A stretch of DNA of 64,000 nt from Lama glama (Eukaryota). Numbering within the stretch: the stretch's first letter is position 1; every line of letters begins with the position of its first letter. Shown piece by piece: positions 42,813-54,618 of this stretch. Below the pieces are notes generated by a model, which had not been told where the DNA came from, ran no database searches, and saw only the letters and a list, made by a program, of their open reading frames with translations. The position numbers were made by a program, and so were the translations under genes. The DNA lies in assembly GCA_028534125.1 (NCBI GenBank), contig CM052816.1, positions 81,346,001 to 81,410,000 on the forward strand, read 5' to 3'.

Positions 42813-44643
42813 TAAGCCAGCCTTTTAAAGTTTTGGTTTGACTTTCCAAGTTGAGGTTTTTGCTTGATTGTGCAAATTGGTAGAACTGTTTTCTACTTTG
42901 TGTTTTTAGAGTTTATAGTGCTTCTCTTTGGCATGAAGCCGTCTTGCTAATTTATTTCAAAATATAAAATTGTAGCACATGTCCTCTTGTTTTTTCCCCA
43001 AGATTTGAATCATAAAAGAGAAGACAGTTATTCGGGACAAAAAGTGATTTTTTTTCTTTTAAACAAAGCCCATGTACAGTAAGCTTAAATTTTTAAAATT
43101 CATGAACCTCTTCCCTATTCAGTTGAATACATGTTTTTAATAGAATGTATTAACTGAAATAGAGAATCTTTCAAAATTTGAGTTTCCCCAGTTTTGTTGT
43201 GATTGCTTTTGATTTTCTACATGTTTTAATGATAGGAATTGCTTCTTGCTCTCTCTGCCCAGCACATTGTGGCAGTGTACAATTAATAGAATATCTCCTT
43301 TTGGTCCTACAGAAACAAACCTTTTGTTTTTTAAGTTTGAATTTTTTTTAATGTTATATAATATCTTGTCAGAATAGCAGACAGATTTAAAATAAAGATT
43401 CCTTGAATAATGCATAAAACTTACTTAGATATTTGAAATCCAAGCGTTGACATTTCATTGATCACATGTATTTGATAGTAATGTCAGAATAAATAGTACC
43501 TGATCACAGCAGAGCAACTGATAACAAAAGCTTAATTATTAAATTTAAGCTCTGACAATTCTGGCACTTACTGTCGTTTGCTTTATATTACCATCATTCC
43601 AGACGTGAAGTTTCTATGAATGAGTCTTTTAAGTCATGAGAATTGTCATTGTGTCTCTGCTTCTTACCCCTCTGTGGAGGCTGCTAGGGCAATGAAGGGG
43701 AAGAAGGTTTGAGGACCCTGAAAAAAGTATGTAATTTACAGGAAACATCTTGGTCCCAAATTGTGGTGCTTAGTGAAACTACAAAGCAGGAAATATTATA
43801 TCCTAACTAAATAATTGATAATTTATTCAGTAAGTTAAGCAATTAAACTAAAAGCAGAATACTCTTTCCAAATCAGTCTGTACTTGTATAAGTGGATAAG
43901 CAAGAGAAATAGCATTAATTCTCATAATCATTGTCATAGTTGTAAAGTTTATATAATACTTCCTATTTACCAGGCACTGTTTTAAGTACTTTGTATAGTT
44001 AATTCATTTATTCTTCCAGTAATTCTTCACATTATTAGTAAAGTAGCAGAGCTAGGATTTGAACCTAGATACTATGCTATAAATGCACCATGTAATTTCT
44101 GTAGTCTTCATTTGTTCATATTAACTGGGGTTTATTACATGTGTACTCAATTGCAATGAATCCTGGTTTTTCTTCTGTTGATCAGGGCTTTCTGCTCCCT
44201 GATAAAAATGTTGATCTGTTGATTTCACAGACATAGTACAGTGGGAATGGTTGAATTATGATTGCTGTTAGTTTCAGGTATCTATTTTAGTATCACTCAA
44301 ATTTTGCAAATATTTGGGTACTTAACCGCCAGATGCTGTTAGAAAAGTACAGTAATAAATAGGCAGTGTTTCTTTTATCCAGGAATTCATCATCTAAGAG
44401 GGACACAAGCATATGCAAATAACTCATACGATACAAATAGTGGTAAACATTAGTTCAATAACGAATTCTAAAAGGAAAGAAGAGCAAGAGATTTATAATA
44501 CTTGTACATGTTACAAGGCTTCTTGGGGGATCTAGTTCTTATAAAATGGTTAAGTTAGTGAGAAAATGAAAGAGCCATAATGAAACTGCCTTATTTGATA
44601 ATGTAAAAGTTCCATCTAATTTCTTGTACTTTTCATTATATAG

Positions 44644-44785
44644 GTTATAAGTCCTGAGAAGTATGACATAAAATGTGCTGTTTCTGAAGCGGCAATAATT
44701 TTGAATTCATGTGTGGAACCCAAAATGCAAGTCACTATCACCCTGACATCTCCAATTATTCGAGAAGAGAACATGAGGGAAGGAG
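44644..44785 (+). CDS. ZFR: ZFR exon 15 ([11 protein letters not shown]...[11 protein letters not shown])
   Basis: tatag acceptor, GAG|GTTGGA donor (weak). Confidence 0.94.
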
Positions 44786-46924
44786 GTTGGAAAGCCATTA
44801 CACATTCTACTTTTTATTAGCTTTTTTCCCCCCATTTACCTACTCTTTAAGATGGCATTAAGCCCTAGAAGGCAACATGCTGGCATTACATATGAATTGG
44901 ATAGATTTGACTTATATAGTAACCAGTTCTACCTAAGATCATTTCCCAGATCTTTCATTGTCTTTTTTGTAATGTACTTTTATATAAAATAACTCATGGT
45001 ATTACTGATTTTCTTAATTTTTTTTTCTTTTCTTGCTAACCTCAGATTTCTGGAAAAAAAAGTTCAAAATTGTTAACAGCATAGTTGACCCATGAAAAAA
45101 TTAAAGAAATATTGCCAGTAAGGGGCCACAAATTTAACTTTTAAGAATCTCTTATTCTTGCCTTATGTTAAAAAAAGACAAGAGAATTTCATAAATAAAA
45201 TTGGTTAAATATCCATAACAGCTTAAGAGACATTGACGTGTATGTAATCATGGATTTGGCTTGTCCTGAGGTAATAAATATTTCTAGTTCTCTGAGGTTG
45301 CTCTTTGGTTTGGAGCACTTTCATAAATGCAGAGCATCCTAATGCACATAGATTTGGGCATCTGACCCAGTATTATAGTAGAGATACTGAAAAATAAATG
45401 GTGTCAGCATAGTTAGTAAGTTATAGTACAAGGTTTTTAAACTTACTTCACAATTATAGAATATGAAATCTGCTGGTGCCAGCAATGTTGCTTTAGGGAC
45501 TGTTCTGTAACATTTTCAAAGCTTCAAAAGCTTTTAAGCAAAAAAGCATGGTCAGTGTCTGCCGTATGTTGGTTCTGTTGTTTTATGGGTCAGATAAAAT
45601 TTACTTTGTTTCCTTTCATGTTGTTTTTGTACATCTTGATTTGTTGAGTATAGAATTACAGTCTACACTAATATTTCTTTGTGATAAGGATAGAGGAAAA
45701 GAGAATACTTAAATTAATTTTGTCTCAAATAACATAAGTAGGCTCTCAATTACTGTCCCTTTAAATTTGTTTTTTTACGACAAATCAGGTTTTGTTTTTT
45801 TTTTAATGCACTGGGCTTTCCACAACCCAGGAAAAGAACATTTTTATTAAAAATGTCATCATTGGGAGATGTGTCTAACCTTGCATACTATGTATATATG
45901 CCATATCAGGTCTTGTATGTTGTATAACATCTTAAGAATAAATGAGGTTTATGTAAAGGATCTTTTATATGAGCATGAGTTTCCACTCAAGGTCTGCCCA
46001 TGGATATTGCTGGAAAAACAGCTCCTGAGTCAATCTGGTCAATTTATATGCAGCATATGACTCCTAGGATTTGAAAAAGAAATCTTAGAAATTACGTTAA
46101 AAATAACAGTTGCTGTACCTTTACTATAAAATTATACTCATATAACCATTTAACTTTATTTCAGAGCATATTTTGTCCAATTATATTTAGACTTAATTAA
46201 ATTTGTGTGGTATCAAGTCATGTTATTATGTTGCAAAAGTTTGAAGTTAATAGTATGTATTTGTAGTGGTCTTCAATAACCTATCCCTTCTAAAGGAAAC
46301 AAAATTACATTTTTGTCTGACCCAGATTTGAGTTAGAATTATTATTCTGAATTTCATGTATATTATGGTGAGAGAAATGATGAGTTCAAAATTGAAAGAT
46401 TTTACTTGAAGACACTGAGCTGAAAAGTTGGATGTGCAAAAAATGTAGAAACATTGATAGTGTTCCTTGCTGCAGATATCTGCAGTAAACCATGTCTTTA
46501 GCTTCATTGTGAAGATTGCTGCAGAATAACGGTATGTATTCTCTCTCACTGCAGCTCCGAATGCTCTGTGTCTTAAAATCATTTAAAGCCTATAGCTTGC
46601 TTTGGGGAGTTAGTAAAGGAGTAAGGAAGGCTTTGCCGGAAGAGCACTTGTAAATCATGAGACTGGAGACTTGCTCATGGTTGTCATAGCCTCTTAATGT
46701 GTAATGGTCCTGCTTAATACCAAAAATTATTTAAAGGAGATGATTAAATTGCCCAAATAACTGTTAAACACATGACAGATCTATTTTATGGTACTGTGTT
46801 TGACAGTTAAAACATTAAACGTTTAATTGACTTGAAGCTTGAAATGTTCAAAATGCTCTAACCCTTGCTACAGAATCTCTTCTGCAGCAAGTCAAGTATT
46901 GTGTGTGTTTTTTTCCACCTGTAG

Positions 46925-47014
46925 CTTATCAGGCCCGGTCCAAAGCCTTCTAGCAGAGGGAATTGATTCCTGTCAGGGGTTGCTGCCAAGACATCGGAAG
47001 GATTTTTGACCAAG
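46925..47014 (+). other. Candidate poison (premature-stop) cassette exon of ZFR
   Basis: ttttttccacctgtag acceptor; reading from exon 15 gives AYQARSKAF then TAG at 46951-46953; putative weak donor AAG|GTTTTC; extensive complementarity to the exon 16 region; boundaries uncertain. Confidence 0.6.
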
Positions 47015-49283
47015 GTTTTCAAAAGCTCAGTGTCACATCTGCCATTTGATAAAGGAGGGACTTTGGATACAGAGTCTGGCATTTGTCTTTTGTGTGGCTG
47101 TTTTGTTCGTTTTGTCTTTGTCTCTTCTAGAATTGAGCAGTGTTCACACTAGTTTTTAAATTGTTGGGTGGATTATACATTTTACATAACCGTGTTAATT
47201 TAAATTAATATATTCCCATTAACTTTTAATCATAAAATAGTGTGGACACAGCATGTCTTCTAACTGGTGATTAACCCCTTAAAATTTATGAAATATGTTT
47301 TTGTAGGGTAAGAATTTGCTTTTTTTTCTTTTAATAAATTAACTGATTTTTGTTAACTGGGTACTAGGAAACAAGGATTATTTTAGTACAGTATATCTAA
47401 GGGGTTAATCCACTTGAAATATAAAATGGGTGCAAAAATCCACACTCAGGATTGGACAGAAATTTCCCACTTATAGCTCTTAATTTTTTTTTAATTGCAA
47501 TAGGTGTCTTGGCATCTTTGAATAAATTCTAAAGTTGTGAATGCTTGTGTAGAAAAAGAAATTATTTCTTACATATTGGAGGAAATTAAAACGTTGTGAA
47601 TTAATATTAGAAATTCAGAAACACTTTTTTTAGAAAGAGATTGCACATTGTCACCTATTTGCATTCTAGCTTTAGCAAATGATTAAATTAATAAGGGACA
47701 TGGAAAGTGTTCTTCAGCATGTTCTGTAGCCCTGCTTTGGGGAGTGGTTTTTTGTTGTTTCTTTTTTCTTTTCTTTCTTCTTTAATAATTAGCTGTGCTT
47801 TCCTATGTTCTTTTCCTCTTCTCAGAATAGCCCATTTAGTTCAGTATATTTCTGGATTAAATAGTTGGTCTTGCAGGGTTTGAGATTATTTATTAATTTT
47901 AAAAATTACTGACTTGATAGTTTCTTTTTAGTACCCAGATTCCTCTTTCAGCGTTCATTTTCAGAATGCCACACAGTCTTCTTTGATTATCTGTAAATCT
48001 CCCTTCTAATACGTCTTCTGAAAATCTGTGCCATCTGATTATTTAAGGAGTAAGAACTGAGAATAGAAAGCCCAGACAAGGGATAGAATTCTTCATTGCT
48101 TTTAAAATATGCTTTTTTGTTTGTCATCTACTCAAAATAAGGATGAGTATCTTTTAAGATTTCTGAATGCTCATGTAAAAATGTATTATCAAATTAACTT
48201 GCCAAGAGTTACAATAGTACTCTTAAAATAAAATCATCTTTAATATTTTTTCATCATATATTTCTTCCCTCATATTCATTTGTTATCATCAGTGATTTAT
48301 TAAATTATATTCTAAATGCCCCATAATTTTGGTGCTTTTTGTCTGGAAGACTGTTAAATTTAATAGATTACTTGCCTGGTATATATGCAAATTTGATTAG
48401 CAATTTTTATACATGTGTTTAGATGAATATAAAACTGGCCTCCAACTAATTTTATCAATGTAAACTACTTATCCTGATTTAGGTTCAGATTTTCTTAAAT
48501 TTTATATAGCTTATTTATGTTTTAATACAGTAATCTGATTAAAATTGGTTATAACTGACTTTAAAACTTGAAAGAATCTACATATTTAAAATCAAATCAT
48601 TCTGCTTACTGCATCTTTTCTATTTCTGTACTTACTCTGTTTAACCATGCTAGTTCCTATTGCCCCTTTCTACTTCATTCATTATTTTTCTCCAATTATT
48701 CTTTGAAATACTTTATGGGAATTTGGAATTCTAAAGGGCATTTTGTATTCCATTACAGCTAAAATTCTCTTGTGGAAGAGAAAGCTTTGAACTCTTCAAA
48801 ATGCCTGTTTTTTGGCTCTTTTTTTTTTCTATGATTATTACTGCATTAATCATCCCATATTTATCATTAGTTCTTTGCTATATTAGCTCCAGAATAACCT
48901 ATGATCATTTAAAATACTGAACAGACTCAGTAGGTTATTGTACATTCTCATTTATTAAAGTGGATTTTTGTGTTCCCTCTTGTCTTGTGGTCTCCATGCT
49001 GGTGCACTGTGTCCAGTATTCCTTCCTTTTGATTTTATTTTGGTGGGTAGGGTTTATATTTGCAGAAATTATTTATTACATCTCTAAATTAAAGAGTTTA
49101 ATTCTCCTCTTGATCTTCATATTGGATTATGTAAATTTGTTGAAAATAACTCCCTGGGTACTTTAAAGTGCTGATAAACTCTCAAATGGCTCATGTGACA
49201 CTGATGCTACTTTAAGGAAGTGTCTTGCTTACCTGGTCAAACACCCATTCCTCACTGCATTTTGCCAATTCAATCCATTTTAG

Positions 49284-49381
49284 ATGTAACCTCGGGTATG
49301 GTGAAAGACCCACCGGACGTCTTGGACAGGCAAAAATGCCTTGACGCTCTGGCTGCTCTACGCCACGCTAAGTGGTTCCAG
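49284..49381 (+). CDS. ZFR: ZFR exon 16 ([36 protein letters not shown])
   Basis: tttag acceptor, CAG|GTTCGG donor. Confidence 0.96.
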
Positions 49382-50173
49382 GTTCGGAACATCATTTTAC
49401 TTTTTTCTTGTAGCCTTATGAGAGAGTAGTTCAGTACAACATGTTTAACTGTGTTTAAACATTTCAAAAGATTGCCCAAGCAATACTATTTAAATTAAAT
49501 ATCAGAAAATATGTTGACATAGAAAGCTGGGTATAAAGATCTGCATATTGCAGTTACTATTAATTTGATGATAAACTCAGGTTTGGGGGGTGTTTTGTAG
49601 TTCGGGTTTTTTTATTTTTATTTTTAGTGACTATATTTAAAGTTGACTTGTTTAGGAACATCACATGTTTTTGTATATATATTATATTCCATAAGGCTGC
49701 AGATAAACTTTGCTTTAAATAATGAAATATGTGTTTAAAGCTTTCTGTATAGTTTTAAGATTTTTCCCCCCTCTTTCTCTAAGTTAATAAGTGTAGGGAA
49801 TGAAAGGTGAGGAAGCAGCTGTTTGGTTTAGTGACTTTGCAGTCATGCAAAGGCACAGAAGGGAAACCAAACAGATTTCCTTAACCTTTCAGTCCCTAGA
49901 CAAACTTTTTAGCTCTTTACTTTTTCTTTTATTTCTGATGTAGGCAGACTTTTTTTTAAGTTTACTGTTTTGAATGAACACAGGTCAAGGTTCACAGGGG
50001 ATCAAGAACAATTATTCTTGTATAATCTGTTTACTTTGACCTAAAATATCAGCTTTTAAATACTAACCTTGGTATAAAATATTGCTGTAAATGGCAGCTC
50101 ATTGAATCCAATTTTAACTGTGGTTATTTTGTTTTATTTTTATCTGAGCTTCCATTGAACAGTGGTATTTTAA

Positions 50174-50353
<180 letters not shown>

Positions 50354-50693
50354 TAACTGAACAGTGTGAAAAATAAACATTAAGGAAATATTTCTGCAGC
50401 TTTCTTATAGCCTCATCTTGCATTTAGTTATCAACTTCATTTTCATTTCCTAAACATAGTTTCTTTCCTCTTCTAGTGAAGCACTGGGGGGGTCTTAGAG
50501 TGTTTTAATTTTCTGAGACTTGCACTCGGTCTTCTTTTTGTATTTTTCTCTCCCCCAGCCCTTTTTTTTTTTAAACTCTTCTCACAATATTTATTACTTT
50601 AAAAAAAATAGGTACAATTATACATAAAGGTACAAAGAAAACTAAAAATAATTACTAATCTCCCTATGTAAGTTTTTTTTTTGACTTTTTTAA

Positions 50694-50789
50694 TTAATTT
50701 ATTTTTTTTTTTATTTTTTTAGAGAGTTAGAGAATTCAGGTTTATTACGCCAATAGGCCCAGAGGAGTTAACACTCCAAGCTCTGAACC
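50694..50789 (-). mobile_element. Retroposed polyadenylated fragment resembling an ERV LTR R region
   Basis: Minus strand: ...CTTGGAGTGTTAACTCCTCTGGGCC...AATAAA, 20 nt, then poly(A); TSD GACTTTTTT(T)AA. Confidence 0.65.
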
Positions 50790-51862
50790 GACTTTTTTTA
50801 AAATGTATAAGTTTAGGAATTTTAAAAATTCAGAAATATACATTCAAAAATGCATAAGTTTAGAAAATTCAAATAATGCAAAAAGGCAAAAAATAAGAAA
50901 CAAAAGCCTTCTTATTTAAAGGCAAGTTGTCTTGACGCAGTTTATGATTTCTTCCAGGAACAGAAATGCATGTGTATGCATCATGTATGTTCCTGTTTTT
51001 CATTTATGTACAAATATCTCTTTGATGTTGAGTTACTTGGTTCCTAAATAGCAAGAATTCAGATAGAGAGGGATTCATTCAAAAATATAACTGAACCTAC
51101 TGATTCTAGAGTTGGGTTAGGGAGAGTTAAATAGCCAGGGTTGTCTAATTCTTTTTTTTAACACAGGAGTGTGTCATGCTGTTTACTCTGACATGATATT
51201 TTCTTCTTTGTTACGTTAGACATATCAATCTTCTCTTAGTTTACTAAGTAATTTTGAATCAGGAATGGAAATAGAACTTTATCAGATAATTTTGCAAGGT
51301 TTATTGATGTGAATGTATAGTATTTCTTCAAACTGTTGCATTTTGTGATTGCGTTTTTCTTAATAAAATACATCTTGGAGTGTTTGGAGAGCTGCATTAA
51401 CTACGAGGTGTTCCCTTTGTATGGATATGCCGTATTTTATTTAAATGGTGTCCATTTAATGGACATTTGGGTTGTTTGCAGTCTTTTGCTCACACATGCC
51501 TTTTTCTAGAGTTTTTTTCCCCCTAGTCAAATTATATTTTCTGCAAATGTGTGTATATACATGTTTATTTTTAATATATAGCAAAGTTCCTGGAAGGATA
51601 TATCCCAACTTAAAACAGTGGTTGTCTCTGAGGAGTGAAAGGAAGAGATGGTTAGGTTAGAGATCTGTAATGTTTGGGTTTTAGTAGAATAAAATATACA
51701 TATATTACTTGTATAATTAGAAATAGATTTAAAAATCATAAATGGGCTAAAGATGGATCCAGTATATGTTTTTCCAGATCAGTTGCCAATTAATACCATT
51801 TTATTTAGTAGTGATATTTGTTCTCCCAACCCCCAGTTTGAAATGTCACCATTATCATAAAC

Positions 51863-51942
51863 CAGTGATTCTCAACCAGTGTCAGTTTTGCCCTTCAGGG
51901 ACATTTGGCGGTGTTTGAAGATATTTTCAGTTGTCAAAACTG
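51863..51942. mobile_element. Partial MER20, opposite orientation to 17633-17853
   Basis: cagtgattctcaacc...cagggacatttggc...ttgtcaaaactg. Confidence 0.7.
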
Positions 51943-54618
51943 TTCATCAGTAGCTCCAAGAATGAGAAACACTGTAATAATCCAAAGTTCCTTTTTTTGT
52001 GAGCCTGTTTCTACAGTCTTCATTCCTCAGTCTTTGTTCTTCTCTAGTGCTAAAACTCTTAATTATTAAAACTTCATAGTGTGTTTCAAAATGCTGATTG
52101 TCCTCTTCATCACATTTCTCCCTTTCCATTCTGTGCCACTCACTATAAACATGATGTTACAGCGAAGAATTTTGTTTGGATTTTCTTGTATGTTTCTTTT
52201 TCAAGTTAAATGAACTTGATAACCATTTTGTTCAGTTTCTCTAAAGTTCTCTTGATGATTTTTAAGTAGTACATTGAATTAATAGATAATTTGTGGACTG
52301 TCATCACTTGTATAATACTGACTCTTTAGCTAAGAGTATAGGATATCCTATTTATTGGAATTAATTTTATGTGCTTATTTAGGTTTGAATAGGTTCTGTT
52401 TTGTTTATGTTTTGTTGATGATAGTTTGTACCTAAGTATGTATCTTTCAGAGTTTTTTAAATTCCATTTTCTGGTTATTATTTATATATAGTAAATACAT
52501 TAAATTTTGTAGCCCACCACCTGACTTCATTCCTTTATTTGTACCAGTTTTTTTCATGTGATTCTTCTGGGTTTTCTAGTCTTAGAGCCACATCTGCAAA
52601 TGATATTTTGCCTCCTTTCCAATATTTTGCCTTCTTTCTCTTCTCTAATTTAATTGATTCTTCTACAATAAATGTATAATAAAAGAAACAATACTTTACA
52701 TGCGTGTTATATTCTGCCTGCATTGAAATTACTTCTAGTATGTAAAGTATATTAAGTATGGTGGGTAAAAGCCTTTTATTTGAGGTATTTACTTCTTTGT
52801 AATATTAGAAGTATCATTCTTCTCTTAGTTACTAAGTTTAGACCAGAAATGAAAATTGAATTTTATCAGATAATTTTTCAAGGTTTATTGACATGAGTAT
52901 ATAGTTTTCCTTCAACCTGTTTATACTCTACATTTACAAATAGATTTCCTCATATTGAGCTACCTTTCATTCTAGAGATGATTCTCATATATATAAGGAT
53001 AATCTTAATGAACTGGTAGTCTATTTAGGAATTTTGCAGTGACGTAAAACAAATTTTTGTAGTTTTATTTTTGTCCTCTGTGAATCAATAGCGTGTGTAC
53101 TTTGTAAAAATAATTTTGAAGCTTTATTTCTCTAAACTCTGAAACCATTTTTAGTAACATCAAAACTATCTGTTTTTTGATAATTTATTAAATTCATGTA
53201 ACATCATCAGTTCCCAGTCCCTTTTAAAGGGGGTAGCTCTTTCTCAGTTTCTTTTATTGTGATTAATTGTTTGTTTAATTTTTCTTTCCCCTGGGATTGA
53301 TTTTGGCAACTTATCTTTTCCCAGAAAAATCAACCAATTCAGCCAGATACTTAGATTTTTATTTAATACAAGTTTTGCTCTCTTAGGGTCTTTTAAATAC
53401 CCACTTTTTTTGCTTTTAATTCTTTAATTGATTGAATAAACTAGCCAATAATAGCAGTTGCCATATAGGAGCAAAATGACATAGGGGTGTTTCAGTATTT
53501 ATTTATGATCAGAGTTCACTGAATTATTAATAGGTTTTAAATGTAAAAATTTATGGATGTTATATAACTTTAAATTTTTAAAGTGTATAAAAATATAAGC
53601 ATTGTACACTATTATTCTACTTCCTTCTTCCTTCAACTTCAGTCCCTTCAGCCGAGGTGCCCTGTTGTAGTAAGTGTAAGCATCAGTGCTTTTTTGAGAA
53701 TGGACTCTCAGGCCACTGCTGGCAAATCTTGGAGTCTGGAGATCCAGCAATGCAGATGGCCTTGCTCTGCCCTGTACCTTACATTTCCTCTTTATCAGAG
53801 AGAGCCATCAACTTCAAGGGGCACTCTCCTTTGAGGGTGCAGAACTCTAAGAACTGAGTGGAAAAGAGGAAGATGTACAGGTAAAAGGAATTGGAGGAGC
53901 ATGGGCCATAGCAGGGTAATGATGGGAGAATCAAGGAGGGCAAAGCTGCTGGCCAGTCTTTGAAATCATGTACATGTAACATAAAATACACCAGTATTTT
54001 GGTAGCTTAAAGCACACCAAAATGTCAGTTTTTTGACATCTAAAAATCTCTGTTAGTATTTTATTCTTTAGTCAGTGGTTTATTTCATCTCCTCCCAACC
54101 CCTCCTGCCAAGAGCCAGCTCCTTGGATTTAGCTACCAGATCTATTAACTTTATATTTTCATTGGGTTTATTTTCGTTCTTTTAGAAACGTCTTGAATTG
54201 TATACTTGTTTCATTCACTCTTTAATTATATAGAGATTTTAAAGCTGTAATTTAAGGCTGGACACAGGTTTTTGGCTATATATGTAGTATTTCCTCTTTA
54301 TTTTCTGCACAATCTGAAACTCATTTTAATGTTATCTTTAAGCCAAGAGTAGTTTTGAGGGAATCTTTAAATTCTACATGACTGGAGAAGGGTTGCTTTT
54401 GTTTTTGTAAATAACTTCTAGTTTTTGTAGCATGTAATCCAATAAATATATTCCACTACTTGTAATTTTTGGAATTTAAAGTTTTCTTTGTGGTTTAATA
54501 TGTACAACTAAAACTATGAGCAAAATATGTTCTCAACAAGGTACGTGTATATATAGCATGTAATATATACCTCTTCAACTTCATCCTTTTGTTCATATCT
54601 CCCATTTCCTTTTCTTTA

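Noticed and set aside
46858..47082. 74 aa antisense ORF as a real protein
   Set aside because: Its similarity to exon 16 is better explained by nucleotide complementarity; no evidence of an antisense transcript
53590..54000. More GC-rich block with short ORFs inside old L1-like sequence
   Set aside because: Probably an unclassified old repeat; no splice or protein match to ZFR that I can support
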